This document shows, piece by piece, positions 9,452 through 19,533 of a DNA stretch of 64,000 nt; positions within the stretch are counted from its first letter, which is position 1; each line of letters begins with the position of its first letter. The stretch lies in the IMG/VR virus record IMGVR_UViG_3300042691_042003, positions 124,001 through 188,000 of that record; one strand, given 5' to 3'. The notes beneath the pieces were generated by a model. The model made no database searches. It saw only the letters and a list, made by a program, of their open reading frames with translations, and was not told where the DNA came from. The position numbers and the translations under genes are program-made.

Positions 9452-10141
9452 ATGATTTTAAGTACAAAAGATATTGAAGATATTTATTCTCAATTTATTT
9501 TACCTAAAAAAAATGAGAATTATTTTAAAAAATATTCTTCTCTCCCAATTCATTTAAATAATAAAAAATGGAAATGGGAAGGAAAAGATTTTCCTAGAAT
9601 TATATCCCTCTTAGAATTTAAAGAATTTTTAGATAAAATGGAAAATCCTTTTTTTGAAAATGTGTTATCTTTTAATGGAGATTCTGATCCGGAATATGAA
9701 TTTTTAAAATACAAAAATTTAACAAATTATAATTATACAGATGATACTCTAAAATATGATTTACATAATTTAGAATTAGAAAAAAAAGATTTTGATTTTT
9801 TTATGTCTAATCAAACTTTAGAACATTTATATGACCCTTGTAAAGTTGTTAGAAATATTTACGATCATATGAAACCCGGAGGAATCGTTTATATGAATCT
9901 ACCGACAAATAATATGCCTCATTCTACACCATTTCATTATTATACAGGATTTACTCCTGTAGGTTTAGGTTGTATTTTTAAACAAGCAGGATTCAAAATA
10001 TTGGATATAGGTTTTTGGGGGAATCGGGAATATTTAGATTTTTCACTTTTTAAAAATATTTGGGCAGATTATACTCAAATGAATAATTTTTCTTCTGAAA
10101 TGGATAAAGAAGTAATTTCTTGGATTTTTGCTATAAAATAA
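9452..10141 (+). CDS. Methyltransferase type 11-like protein
   Basis: FDFFMSNQTLEHLYDP...MKPGG. Confidence 0.7.
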   Translation: MILSTKDIEDIYSQFILPKKNENYFKKYSSLPIHLNNKKWKWEGKDFPRIISLLEFKEFLDKMENPFFENVLSFNGDSDPEYEFLKYKNLTNYNYTDDTLKYDLHNLELEKKDFDFFMSNQTLEHLYDPCKVVRNIYDHMKPGGIVYMNLPTNNMPHSTPFHYYTGFTPVGLGCIFKQAGFKILDIGFWGNREYLDFSLFKNIWADYTQMNNFSSEMDKEVISWIFAIK

Positions 10142-10155
10142 AATTTAAATAAATT

Positions 10156-10872
10156 ATGAATTATGACGCGGTAATTTTATCATCAGAGAAGGATTATATT
10201 AAATTAGATTTTTTATTGGATTCTTTAATAAATTTAGACCCAAAACCTGAAAATATCTTTGTTATAAGTCCTACTGAAATCAAAGAAAAAAGAAAAGAGG
10301 TTAATTATTTTTTAGATGATGAAGTCCTTAAATTTAAAAAAGAAAATCTAAAATTTAGACCTAATTGGATTAAACAACAATTCTTAAAGCTATTTCAAGA
10401 TATTACAAAAAACGACTATTACCTAATTTTAGATTCAGATATTTTTTTAAATAAAAAAATAGAAATCTTTAAGAATAATAAACCTAATTTTCTTCTTTCG
10501 GTAGATCAAAACCATAAACCCTATTTTGATTTTTTAGAAAATTTTGGAATAAAGAAAATTTATGAAAGATCTTTTATATCTGAAATAATGTTATTTAATA
10601 AAAAAATCATAAGAAGGTTTTTAGAGGATTCTAATTTAACAGTCGATTCTTTTATTAATAAATCTATAGAAATAATTAACGATAATTGTTATATTTCGGA
10701 ATTTGAATTTTATGGAAATATGGTTCTTAAGTATTATCCTGATTTATATGATTTCACTATTTTAAATACAAGAGTTATAGGAAAACATGAAGATTGGAAT
10801 AAAAATGAAATATTGCAAACAATAAATAATAATCAAGATTTAGATATCATATCATATCACACATGGAAATAA
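10156..10872 (+). CDS. DUF6492-like GT-A protein
   Basis: WIKQQFLKL, YLILDSD, SEFEFYGN. Confidence 0.6.
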   Translation: MNYDAVILSSEKDYIKLDFLLDSLINLDPKPENIFVISPTEIKEKRKEVNYFLDDEVLKFKKENLKFRPNWIKQQFLKLFQDITKNDYYLILDSDIFLNKKIEIFKNNKPNFLLSVDQNHKPYFDFLENFGIKKIYERSFISEIMLFNKKIIRRFLEDSNLTVDSFINKSIEIINDNCYISEFEFYGNMVLKYYPDLYDFTILNTRVIGKHEDWNKNEILQTINNNQDLDIISYHTWK

Positions 10873-11759
10873 ATATCGTATTAATTCATATCGGTACAAT
10901 TTATCCGGATCACATGGATGATTGTATAGATCAATTATTAAAATTTAATCTTAAAGTTCATTTAGTAATAAGCTCTTCTTTAGTAGAGAAAATTAAAAGT
11001 AAAAAAATAATTTTATCTAAGGTAGAAGATTATACAGACGAAAAATATAATTCTTTTTTTATAGAAAAGTATGATAAAAATTTCACAGAAAATTTTAGAG
11101 ATGGATTTTGGAATTCTACTTCTTCAAGATTTTTTATTCTAGAAAATTATACAAGAAAAAATAATTTACAAAATTTTTATCATTTAGAACATGATAATCT
11201 TATTTTTAATAATTTAGAGAATGTAACGAATATTTTAAAAAATAAAAATGAAGAAATGTTTATAGTTATTGATTCGGAATCCAGATGTATTCCTTCAATA
11301 ATATTTATAAAAAATTATAAAATTTTAGAAATCTTAACTAATTTTATTTTTAATAATCGTTATAATAATGATATGGAAAACTTATTTTTATTTTTTCAAA
11401 TGAATAGAAATATAGTAGGTAATTTACCTATACTTCCTGACGATCATAATTTAAATTTGATTAGTAAAACTGGAATTATTGCTAGTAATAATATAAATTA
11501 TAGTAATCTTTACAAGGAATTAAAAATTGTTTTTGATGGTGCAGCTTTAGGTCAATATATAGGTGGCATAGATCCTAGAAATGATAGTGGTAACACTATA
11601 GGTTTTGTAAATGAAACTACAATTTTTAATGTTTCTGAAGTAGGATTTTCTTGGGTTAATTATAAACCAACCTTAAATATTAATAATCGTATTATTGATG
11701 TTTGTAATTTACATATACATTCTAAAAATTTAAACTTAAAAAATCTTTTAAAATTATAA
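10863..11759 (+). CDS. Glycosyltransferase-like hypothetical protein
   Basis: TSSRFFIL, HLEHDN, FDGAALGQYIGGIDPRN, NLHIHSK; motif set typical of phage glyco-island proteins. Confidence 0.55.
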   Translation: MEINIVLIHIGTIYPDHMDDCIDQLLKFNLKVHLVISSSLVEKIKSKKIILSKVEDYTDEKYNSFFIEKYDKNFTENFRDGFWNSTSSRFFILENYTRKNNLQNFYHLEHDNLIFNNLENVTNILKNKNEEMFIVIDSESRCIPSIIFIKNYKILEILTNFIFNNRYNNDMENLFLFFQMNRNIVGNLPILPDDHNLNLISKTGIIASNNINYSNLYKELKIVFDGAALGQYIGGIDPRNDSGNTIGFVNETTIFNVSEVGFSWVNYKPTLNINNRIIDVCNLHIHSKNLNLKNLLKL

Positions 11760-11790
11760 AACATATAAAATTATAAAGTAAAATAATAGG

Positions 11791-12462
11791 ATGATGGATA
11801 ATATAAACATTGATAAAGAAAAAATATGTATACTTTACACAGGGAAAAGCGAATTTATAAACGAAATAAAAAAAATTAAGAATTATAATAATTATAATTT
11901 TATTTTTTCTACATGGAAAGGTAATGAAAGTAAATACGAAAAGAATGATGTAGTCGTTTTTAATGATACTTCTAATTTAGCGATAAAAACAAGTTTAGAA
12001 TTACAAAGAATAACTATTTTAGAAGGATTAAAAAAATCAAAAGAATTAGGTTTTAGAAGAACTTTAAAATTAAGAGATGACTTAATTCCTACTAATTTAG
12101 ATAAATTTTTAGAATTAATAAACAATGAAAATATTAATATATTATGCTGGCATGAACATAATATAGGGTTACCTGGTTATTTTGTAGATTATCTAATTTC
12201 AGGAGAAACTGATTTATTAATAGACGTATATTCTAATATAGATATAAATTTTCATCAAGTATCAGAAGCCCCTTATACTAAATCATTATTAAGATATTCA
12301 GATAAAATAAAATTTTTCCTTTATGATTTAAATCAAAATAATAATGATTTATTTTGGTTTAGGATAGGTGATTTTTTAAGTAGCTACAATCCTAATTTAA
12401 TTCATACCAGTAAGTATATGCATTTAGAAAATTACGAAAATATTAAAAAAGAATATTTATGA
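11791..12462 (+). CDS. WavE-like polysaccharide synthesis protein
   Basis: FSTW and LKLRDD resemble the WavE STW and KxRSD motifs; VDYLISG. Confidence 0.5.
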   Translation: MMDNINIDKEKICILYTGKSEFINEIKKIKNYNNYNFIFSTWKGNESKYEKNDVVVFNDTSNLAIKTSLELQRITILEGLKKSKELGFRRTLKLRDDLIPTNLDKFLELINNENINILCWHEHNIGLPGYFVDYLISGETDLLIDVYSNIDINFHQVSEAPYTKSLLRYSDKIKFFLYDLNQNNNDLFWFRIGDFLSSYNPNLIHTSKYMHLENYENIKKEYL

Positions 12463-13184
12463 ATATATTAATACCTATGGCTGGAAGAGGAGAACGATTT
12501 AGTAATAATGGTTTTGACATTCCTAAACCTCTAATAGAATTAGAGGGTAAAACTATGATAGAATTAGCAATAAAATCTCTAAATATAGAAGGTAATTATA
12601 TATACGTAACATATAGATACACTAATAAAGAATTTAATCAAAAATTAGAAGAAATTCTTAATAGGATAACTCCTAATTGCACCATTATAAAAATAGATTA
12701 TATTACAGAAGGTCCTGCTTCCAGTGCATTATTAGCAAAAAAATACATAGATAATGAAGAAGAATTAATCATAACTAATTGTGACCAAATAATGTCATGG
12801 GATTCCAAAAATTTTTTAGAATTTATCAAAAAAACTGACAAAGAAGGTATAGTTGTTACGTATAATTCTTCTACCGAAAAGAATTCATATGTTAAATTAA
12901 ACGAAATAGGAGATGCAATAGAGTTAGCCGAAAAAAAGGTTATAAGCGAATTTTCCTTAAATGGTATACATTATTGGAAAAAAGGAAAATACTTTGTAGA
13001 ATCGGCAGAAGATATGATATCAAAAAATATAAGAGTAAATAATGAATTTTATATTTCTATGACATATAATGAAATGATTGAAAAAAAACTTAAAGTATCT
13101 AATTATCATATAATAAATAATCATCATCACGCAGTAGGTACTCCAGAAGATCTAAAAGAATATTTAAAAAATGGAAGTAAGTAG
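12459..13184 (+). CDS. Sugar-phosphate nucleotidyltransferase (NTP_transferase)
   Basis: ILIPMAGRGERF..PKPLI, TEGPAS, ITNCDQ, AEKKVIS, EFYIS, GTPEDL. Confidence 0.88.
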   Translation: MNILIPMAGRGERFSNNGFDIPKPLIELEGKTMIELAIKSLNIEGNYIYVTYRYTNKEFNQKLEEILNRITPNCTIIKIDYITEGPASSALLAKKYIDNEEELIITNCDQIMSWDSKNFLEFIKKTDKEGIVVTYNSSTEKNSYVKLNEIGDAIELAEKKVISEFSLNGIHYWKKGKYFVESAEDMISKNIRVNNEFYISMTYNEMIEKKLKVSNYHIINNHHHAVGTPEDLKEYLKNGSK

Positions 13185-13491
13185 ATTCGAAAATTATAAA
13201 GACGGCTGGTTTGTTGGTGATTTTTTTCCTTCTGCATATAAAACCAATCTATTCGAGGTATGTTACAAATTTCATAAAAAAGGTGAAGTTTGGGATAAAC
13301 ATTATCATAAGGTTTCAACCGAAATAAATTATTTAATTGAAGGAGAGATGATTATTCAAGAAAAGAAATTAAAAAGTGGAGATGTATTTGTCATACATCC
13401 TTATGAAATTGCAGATCCGGAATTTATTTCTGATTGTAAATTAATTATTATAAAAACCCCTTCTAGCACAAAAGATAAATACACAATTTAA
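13171..13491 (+). CDS. Cupin-fold protein
   Basis: GWFVGDF, HYHKVSTEINYLIEG (HxH..E), GDVFVIHP. Confidence 0.8.
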   Translation: MEVSRFENYKDGWFVGDFFPSAYKTNLFEVCYKFHKKGEVWDKHYHKVSTEINYLIEGEMIIQEKKLKSGDVFVIHPYEIADPEFISDCKLIIIKTPSSTKDKYTI

Positions 13492-13498
13492 AAAAGAT

Positions 13499-14731
13499 AT
13501 GGCAATAAATATTTTCACAAAAGATATTAATTACGAAAATTATTTTATCGTAAAATATTATTTAAAAGGAAGAACTTCCTTAAAAACAGCAGCTTGGAAT
13601 TTGGCTATAGGACAAAGTATAGGAAATCCTAATAATCGAAGCGTTTGGGAAACCGACCAAATGTTTCTAGATCATAGTTGTTTTATTTTAGAAGATGAGA
13701 AATATCTAGAATCGGTAAAAGAAGGAGAAATAGAAATTGCTTTTCCTTTAGCAAATTTAAATCTAGAAGAAGATGGAATATCTCAAATTCTTTGTCATAT
13801 TGCAGGTGGACAAGTAGATATCTTAGAATTAGAAATGTGTCATGTTTTAGATATTAATTTACCGAAAAAAATAGAAGATAAATTTAGATTAAAACCTGCA
13901 TTTGGTATTGATGGTTTTAGGAAATTTAATGGAGTTAAAGAAAAACCATTTTTTGGAGGAATTATTAAACCTAAGGTAGGAATGAGTCCTAAAATTCTTT
14001 TAGAAGCAGTGAAAGAGATGGTAGATGGAGGAGTTAATTTTATTAAAGAAGATGAATTATTAGGAAATCCTGATCATTGTAAATTATCAGAAAGGGTTCC
14101 TCTAATCACTAATTGGTTAACAAAAAATGCACCAAATGTTATATACACTTTTTGTATTAATGGAGATTCTCCTTATGCATTAGAAAGAGCTAATTTCGTA
14201 GAGAAGGAAGGAGGAAATGGAATTCATATTAATGTTTGGAGTGGATTAGGGATTTATAGAGCGATTAGAAAACAAAATCCTAACTTATGGATTCATTTTC
14301 AAAAAAGTGGAGATAAATTCTTTACTGATCGTAGATCTCCTTTTCATATATATTGGCCGGTTATTTGTAAAATTGCTGGATGGTCCGGTGCTGATTCGAT
14401 ACATGCTGGAATGATTGGAGGATATATGAATCAAGACGATCAAGAATTATCAGATTCTTTAAAAGTTTTATGGAAGTATAATATTGTTCCTGCTCTAAGT
14501 TGTGGAATGCATCCAGGTTTAGTTCAATACATAAATCAATTATTAAATAGTTATGATTGGATGGCTAATGTAGGAGGTGCAATGCACGGTCATCCTATGG
14601 GAACATTATCTGGAGGCCTTGCAATGAGACAAGCAATTGACGGAAATATTGACAAACCTGAATATAAGGCTGCTATAGAAAAATGGGGTACAAAAGAATT
14701 TTCTTCGGATTTAGCTTATAGAATATTTTAA
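13499..14731 (+). CDS. RuBisCO-like protein (form IV, non-carboxylating)
   Basis: GGIIKPKVGMS, GGVNFIKEDE, DSIHAG, PALSCG and VGGAMHGHP motifs; K334 equivalent is Tyr and H294 equivalent is Gln. Confidence 0.92.
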   Translation: MAINIFTKDINYENYFIVKYYLKGRTSLKTAAWNLAIGQSIGNPNNRSVWETDQMFLDHSCFILEDEKYLESVKEGEIEIAFPLANLNLEEDGISQILCHIAGGQVDILELEMCHVLDINLPKKIEDKFRLKPAFGIDGFRKFNGVKEKPFFGGIIKPKVGMSPKILLEAVKEMVDGGVNFIKEDELLGNPDHCKLSERVPLITNWLTKNAPNVIYTFCINGDSPYALERANFVEKEGGNGIHINVWSGLGIYRAIRKQNPNLWIHFQKSGDKFFTDRRSPFHIYWPVICKIAGWSGADSIHAGMIGGYMNQDDQELSDSLKVLWKYNIVPALSCGMHPGLVQYINQLLNSYDWMANVGGAMHGHPMGTLSGGLAMRQAIDGNIDKPEYKAAIEKWGTKEFSSDLAYRIF

Positions 14732-14744
14732 AAATAAAATAAAA

Positions 14745-15314
14745 ATGGAAACTTTGTTAGATGTAATAAAAAAATTTAATTTATATAAAAATTCTCATTT
14801 AGACGGAACTGATAAAGCTTATATTCATGATTTTATATCAGTTTTTTATCAAAAAGAATTTGAAAAAATTAAAAACAAAGAAATAAAAATCTTAGAAATA
14901 GGAACTTGCACGGGAGCATCTTTAAAATTATGGAAAGAATATTTTAAAAATTCTAAAGTAGAAGGAGTAGATATTCAAGATAGAGTAATGCCGGAATATA
15001 GAGATTCTAATATTAAGTATCATATAGGAGATGCATATAATTATGATTTTATTAATAAAATATCTAAAGAAAAATACGATATTATTATAGATGATGGACC
15101 TCACACAATAGAAACTCAATTATTTTTCGTTAATAATTATCATAAAATGTTAAATAATAAAGGATATTTAATAATTGAAGATGTAGATTCCGATGATAAT
15201 ATTAAAGCATTAAAAGAAAAAATACAAGAAATTTTTAAATCTGAACCTTTTGTATATGATAAAAGGAAAGAAATGAATATGAATAATGAAGTACTAATTT
15301 CAATAAAAAAATAA
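14745..15314 (+). CDS. Class I SAM-dependent methyltransferase
   Basis: GTDK..H, ILEIG...G.SL..W, YDIIIDDGPH, LIIED. Confidence 0.85.
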   Translation: METLLDVIKKFNLYKNSHLDGTDKAYIHDFISVFYQKEFEKIKNKEIKILEIGTCTGASLKLWKEYFKNSKVEGVDIQDRVMPEYRDSNIKYHIGDAYNYDFINKISKEKYDIIIDDGPHTIETQLFFVNNYHKMLNNKGYLIIEDVDSDDNIKALKEKIQEIFKSEPFVYDKRKEMNMNNEVLISIKK

Positions 15315-15318
15315 AATT

Positions 15319-15954
15319 ATGTTAATACAAAACTTTATAGATTTTATCAATACAAAACAAAAAATAGATCCTAAAATTATATTAGATATAGGTTCTAGAG
15401 ATTTAGATCAAAGTATTGAATTTAATTCGATATTTCCTAATTCTGTAATACATGCTTTTGAGCCAAATCCTGATCAATTTGCAATATGTGAAGAAGCTTC
15501 AAAAAATTATCCTAATATTCATGTTCATCAATTAGCAATTAGTAATAAAAAAGAAACTTTAAAATTCTATAGAACTATAGGAAATATAGGAGCCTCTTCT
15601 CTATTAGAACCAATTGATGTACCTTTTGGATGGACTAAAGAATATAATATTATTGATGTAGAATCCGAAAGGTTAGATTCTTGGTTAAAAAATAATAATA
15701 TAAAAGAAGCAGATATACTTTGGATGGACGCTCAAGGCGTAGAATTATTAGCTCTAGAAGGAATGGGAGAATTCTTAAAAGATGTAAAATTTATTCATTG
15801 TGAAGCTTCCGAAAAACCTTATTATAAAGGACATATCTTAAAAGAAGAATTAGAAAAATTTTTAGTAGATTCCGGTTTCGAAATAGAATTCCATCCAGTT
15901 TTTCATCCTTACGGAGAAGGTGATATATTCGCAGTTAATAAAAGATTTAACTAA
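15319..15954 (+). CDS. FkbM-family methyltransferase
   Basis: ILDIGSRD, HAFEPNP, SSLLEP, RLDSW, DILWMDAQGVEL. Confidence 0.88.
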   Translation: MLIQNFIDFINTKQKIDPKIILDIGSRDLDQSIEFNSIFPNSVIHAFEPNPDQFAICEEASKNYPNIHVHQLAISNKKETLKFYRTIGNIGASSLLEPIDVPFGWTKEYNIIDVESERLDSWLKNNNIKEADILWMDAQGVELLALEGMGEFLKDVKFIHCEASEKPYYKGHILKEELEKFLVDSGFEIEFHPVFHPYGEGDIFAVNKRFN

Positions 15955-15979
15955 TATAATAGATCTATTTATATATTAA

Positions 15980-16417
15980 ATGATTCTAATTTCACATAGA
16001 GGCAATATTTCAGGAAGAATAGAAGGTTTTGAAAATAAACCCGAGTATGTAGAAGACACGATAAGACTTGGATTTGATGTTGAAGTAGATCTAAGAATTC
16101 ATAATCAAAAGCTATATCTAGGACATGATGAACCTCAATACGAAATTTCTCTAGATTGGTTATATGAAAGAAATTCTAAACTTTGGATTCATTGTAAAGA
16201 TATTCAATCTCTACTTAAAGTAAGAGATAAACCACTTCATTTCTTTTGGCATGAAGAAGATACAATTACTCTAACTTCAAAAAATTATATTTGGGCATAT
16301 CCAGGAAAACAACCGATAAAGGGATCTATAGCAGTTATGCCAGAAATATATAATGATAATTTAGATCATTGTATTGGTATCTGTTCTGATTTTATAGGAA
16401 ACTATAAACAAAAATAG
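15980..16417 (+). CDS. GDPD/PLC-like phosphodiesterase-fold small protein
   Basis: ISHRGN, EN, GFDVEVD, LGHD, WIHCKD, GICSD. Confidence 0.7.
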   Translation: MILISHRGNISGRIEGFENKPEYVEDTIRLGFDVEVDLRIHNQKLYLGHDEPQYEISLDWLYERNSKLWIHCKDIQSLLKVRDKPLHFFWHEEDTITLTSKNYIWAYPGKQPIKGSIAVMPEIYNDNLDHCIGICSDFIGNYKQK

Positions 16418-16425
16418 CATATAAT
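16398..16425 (+). promoter_or_regulatory. Candidate class II promoter GAAAC-N15-CATATAAT
   Basis: Repeated bipartite motif upstream of ATG 16447. Confidence 0.5.
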
Positions 16426-16446
16426 AAAAAACAAAATAAATCACAT

Positions 16447-16974
16447 ATGAAAGTAATTAAAGCCGAGGATGTTCAAGAAATGCCTCAAAATGGTCAATCT
16501 AAAAATTCATCAATCGATAAAAAGAAAGTAGCAGAAATTCAAGAAAGATTTGATGCTTTTCGACAACTTTTAGAGACGAAAAAATATGAAGTTCTTCTTA
16601 ATGAAGATCAGACCACTTATCTTTTTGAAGATTTTTATAATTCAGTAGAATGGAAAGGGTATGAGTCATATGCTATCTCAGAAACTTATGATCGTCTTAA
16701 AGCTCTCGTAGATGAAAAAACAGGCGAACTTAAAGGTAAATCTGAGCCTGAAATTATCGAAGCTATTTTTCATTTTTTGAAAAATTATTCTGCTAACGGT
16801 ATTGGTGAAGCACGAATTTTTAAAGCTATATGCGATCAATTCTCTCTTCCTATGAAAGAGCTTAATGAAGATCGACAAGAACTAAGAGATCTTTCTATGG
16901 AACTTGTAGCCGCTGAACAAGGAATTTCAGTAGAACAACTTCAGAAAAGTTTAGAAAATCAACCAAGAGGATAA
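16447..16974 (+). CDS. Hypothetical helical protein
   Basis: 175-aa ORF with its own upstream motif; no recognisable domain. Confidence 0.7.
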   Translation: MKVIKAEDVQEMPQNGQSKNSSIDKKKVAEIQERFDAFRQLLETKKYEVLLNEDQTTYLFEDFYNSVEWKGYESYAISETYDRLKALVDEKTGELKGKSEPEIIEAIFHFLKNYSANGIGEARIFKAICDQFSLPMKELNEDRQELRDLSMELVAAEQGISVEQLQKSLENQPRG

Positions 16975-16992
16975 ATACCTTAAAAGACTTCA

Positions 16993-17226
16993 ATGTCATT
17001 TAAGAAATTTTTCGAATTTTTGCTAGAAGGCAAGAAAAAAGATTCTAAAGACATAGAGGAAGTATCAGCACCAGAACCAAAAGTTAATGCTGATACTCCT
17101 CTTGCTTGTCCTAAATGCGGATCTTTTAAATTACCTTGTGAATGCTATACAGACGATTATTATAATTCCAAGCTTTCACAGCAAACACCTAGACCCAATA
17201 AAATATTTAAACCAAAAAAGAAATGA
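16993..17226 (+). CDS. Small Cys-containing protein with capsid-targeting-like leader
   Basis: MSFKKFFEFLLE leader; CPKCG...PCEC; GATAAATA at 16970. Confidence 0.65.
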   Translation: MSFKKFFEFLLEGKKKDSKDIEEVSAPEPKVNADTPLACPKCGSFKLPCECYTDDYYNSKLSQQTPRPNKIFKPKKK

Positions 17227-17513
17227 ATAAAATAGATTCTTACATAAGAACAAATTTTCATTACATTGCTCTTTTCTTTTTGATTTTTAATTTTTTTAAT
17301 TCTTGTGATAGAGAAATAGGAAGACTCTCTAAAAGAATTGCAAAGCTAGAAGTTAAAATTGATTCACTCACTCAAGTAGTAGTTACTCGTAAAGATCTTA
17401 AAATTGAAGGTCTTCGTTCAGAAAAAAGGATGATCCAGTCTACCGATCGTAAAATCCTTGATGTTAATAGACAATCAGAAATTGATAGAGAGATTGAATC
17501 CCTATCCAAATGA
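17223..17513 (+). CDS. Membrane-anchored or lipoprotein coiled-coil protein
   Basis: Hydrophobic stretch ending FFNSC (possible lipobox), followed by a coiled coil. Confidence 0.6.
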   Translation: MNKIDSYIRTNFHYIALFFLIFNFFNSCDREIGRLSKRIAKLEVKIDSLTQVVVTRKDLKIEGLRSEKRMIQSTDRKILDVNRQSEIDREIESLSK

Positions 17514-18694
17514 ATTCATTAGATAAACAATACAAAGATCTACTTCAAACAATTCTAGATTTTGGAGTAGAAAAGAAAGATCGAACAGGAACCGGAACTA
17601 AATCAATTTTTGGTTACACTATTCGTCATTCTATGAAAGAAGGATTCCCACTTCTTACTACAAAGAAGATGCATTGGAAATCTATTGTCACTGAACTCCT
17701 TTGGTTTCTTCGAGGTGATACGAATATCAAATTTCTAGTAGATAATGGATGTCATATTTGGGATGGAGATGCGTATAAGAATTACGCATGGAAAACATCT
17801 ATGGATTCCGATGGACAACTAACAAAAGAAGAATTCATTGAACGTATTAAAATCGACGATGAATTTGCAAAACATTGGGGTGATCTAGGCCCAATTTATG
17901 GTAAGCAATGGAGAAATTGGAATGGTAAGCAGGTTTCTGTAATGGATGGAAAGGTAATGACGACAATTATAGATCAAATCTCTGATCTAATTGAAAATAT
18001 TAAAACAAATCCAGATAGTCGACGTCTAATGGTAAGTGCATGGAACCCTGTGGAATTAGATCAAATGGTTCTTCCTCCTTGTCATTATGGATTTCAAATG
18101 TACACGAGGGAGCTTTCTCTAAAAGAGAGAATGGAATTATGGGAAGCACTTCCTGATCGAGATGTTATGGATTTTCCTATAGGTCCTCTTTCCGACGAAC
18201 AATATCATGAAGTACTAACACAAATTGGTGTTGAAGAAAGAGCTATTTCACTTATGTGGAATCAACGTTCAGTCGATACTTTTCTGGGTCTACCTTTTAA
18301 TATTGCTTCTTACGGACTTCTTCTTTCTATTATTGCAAGAGAGGTTGGTATGGTTCCTGATCAACTTATAGGTAATCTAGGAGATGTTCATCTTTATTTA
18401 AATCATATCGAACAAGCAAAAGAACAAATTGGCAGAGATTATACATGGGAAGAACAAGTAGAATGGGTAATGAAAAATACCGATGTAGAAATGGAAAATC
18501 TTTATATTGTAGAAGAAATTTCTAAGGAAACTACACCTAAAAATACAAGACAACCCTTTCATCTTCCTACTTTAAAAATGGCAGATCATTCCATGTACGA
18601 AGGAAATTTTCTTCCTCAATATTGGTTTCCTTCAGATTTTGAAATTCTAAATTATCAATCCCATCCACCTATTAAAGCTCCTCTTTCTAATTAA
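17510..18694 (+). CDS. thyA: Thymidylate synthase (with insertions)
   Basis: [63 protein letters not shown]. Confidence 0.97.
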   Translation: MNSLDKQYKDLLQTILDFGVEKKDRTGTGTKSIFGYTIRHSMKEGFPLLTTKKMHWKSIVTELLWFLRGDTNIKFLVDNGCHIWDGDAYKNYAWKTSMDSDGQLTKEEFIERIKIDDEFAKHWGDLGPIYGKQWRNWNGKQVSVMDGKVMTTIIDQISDLIENIKTNPDSRRLMVSAWNPVELDQMVLPPCHYGFQMYTRELSLKERMELWEALPDRDVMDFPIGPLSDEQYHEVLTQIGVEERAISLMWNQRSVDTFLGLPFNIASYGLLLSIIAREVGMVPDQLIGNLGDVHLYLNHIEQAKEQIGRDYTWEEQVEWVMKNTDVEMENLYIVEEISKETTPKNTRQPFHLPTLKMADHSMYEGNFLPQYWFPSDFEILNYQSHPPIKAPLSN

Positions 18695-19530
18695 TGAGCT
18701 ACATACAAGGCATTGTAAAAGAGAATAGATCTTCTCTTTTTTTAATTTATTTTTATATTTTCATGGCTCAAATGATGTTTTTAACTGAGCCTTATGTTTT
18801 AGGGAAAGCTATAGATGGTCTTCTTGTAAAAGATTATTTTTGGCTTCTCGTATTTCTAGGTATAGAAATTCTTGCAAATGCTTTCATGTACAAACGAATG
18901 ATTTTCGATACTAAAATTTTTATTGAAATATACAATCAAATCGTTTATAAGTACCTTAAATCGGATAAGAGTTCTAACCTTTCTTCTAGAATTGCAAGAA
19001 CTGATATTGCACATAGTATTGTAAATTTTTTAGAAAATGATTTGCATTATTATGTAATGACTTCTATTTCTATTATAGGATCTCTATTTTTTATTTTTAC
19101 ACAGCATAAGCAAACAGGTTTTATTGTTGTTTTTTGTGCTATTCCCATGGCTTTTATTGCAAATAAATTTTATAAGCTAATTGCTAAAGGGACTAGAATA
19201 GGTCATGACCATTATGAACAAAGAGTTTCGGCAATGGAATCTGAAGATGAATCTGTTATTAAAACATTTTACGAAAGAAGACGAAGAGTTTTAATTTATT
19301 CATCAACTATACACGGTAAGAATTGGTTTTCTATAAATATGACAAAAACAATATTCCTAGTAATTTCTCTTATTGTTTTCACAAATAAAAATATAGGACT
19401 TACACAAGGACAAGCAATATCAATGTACTCTTACATCAATCAATTCCTTATTTCTCTTGTTTCAATTCCAGTAGGTATGGAAATTTATACAAGAATAAAA
19501 GACGTCTTAAATCGTATAAAAACAGAATAA
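18694..19530 (+). CDS. Stand-alone ABC transporter six-transmembrane domain
   Basis: EPYVLGKAIDGLL, multiple TM helices, final helix ...FLISLVSIP; no nucleotide-binding domain. Confidence 0.7.
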   Translation: MSYIQGIVKENRSSLFLIYFYIFMAQMMFLTEPYVLGKAIDGLLVKDYFWLLVFLGIEILANAFMYKRMIFDTKIFIEIYNQIVYKYLKSDKSSNLSSRIARTDIAHSIVNFLENDLHYYVMTSISIIGSLFFIFTQHKQTGFIVVFCAIPMAFIANKFYKLIAKGTRIGHDHYEQRVSAMESEDESVIKTFYERRRRVLIYSSTIHGKNWFSINMTKTIFLVISLIVFTNKNIGLTQGQAISMYSYINQFLISLVSIPVGMEIYTRIKDVLNRIKTE

Positions 19531-19533
19531 TTT

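Noticed and set aside
13499-14731. Carbon-fixing RuBisCO (rbcL) as an auxiliary metabolic gene
   Set aside because: The K334, H294 and E60 equivalents are substituted, and there is no small subunit or phosphoribulokinase; it is a form IV RLP.
17510-18694. dCMP hydroxymethylase or an intron-split thyA
   Set aside because: PFNIASY keeps the dUMP-specifying Asn, and the ORF is continuous; the insertions are in frame.
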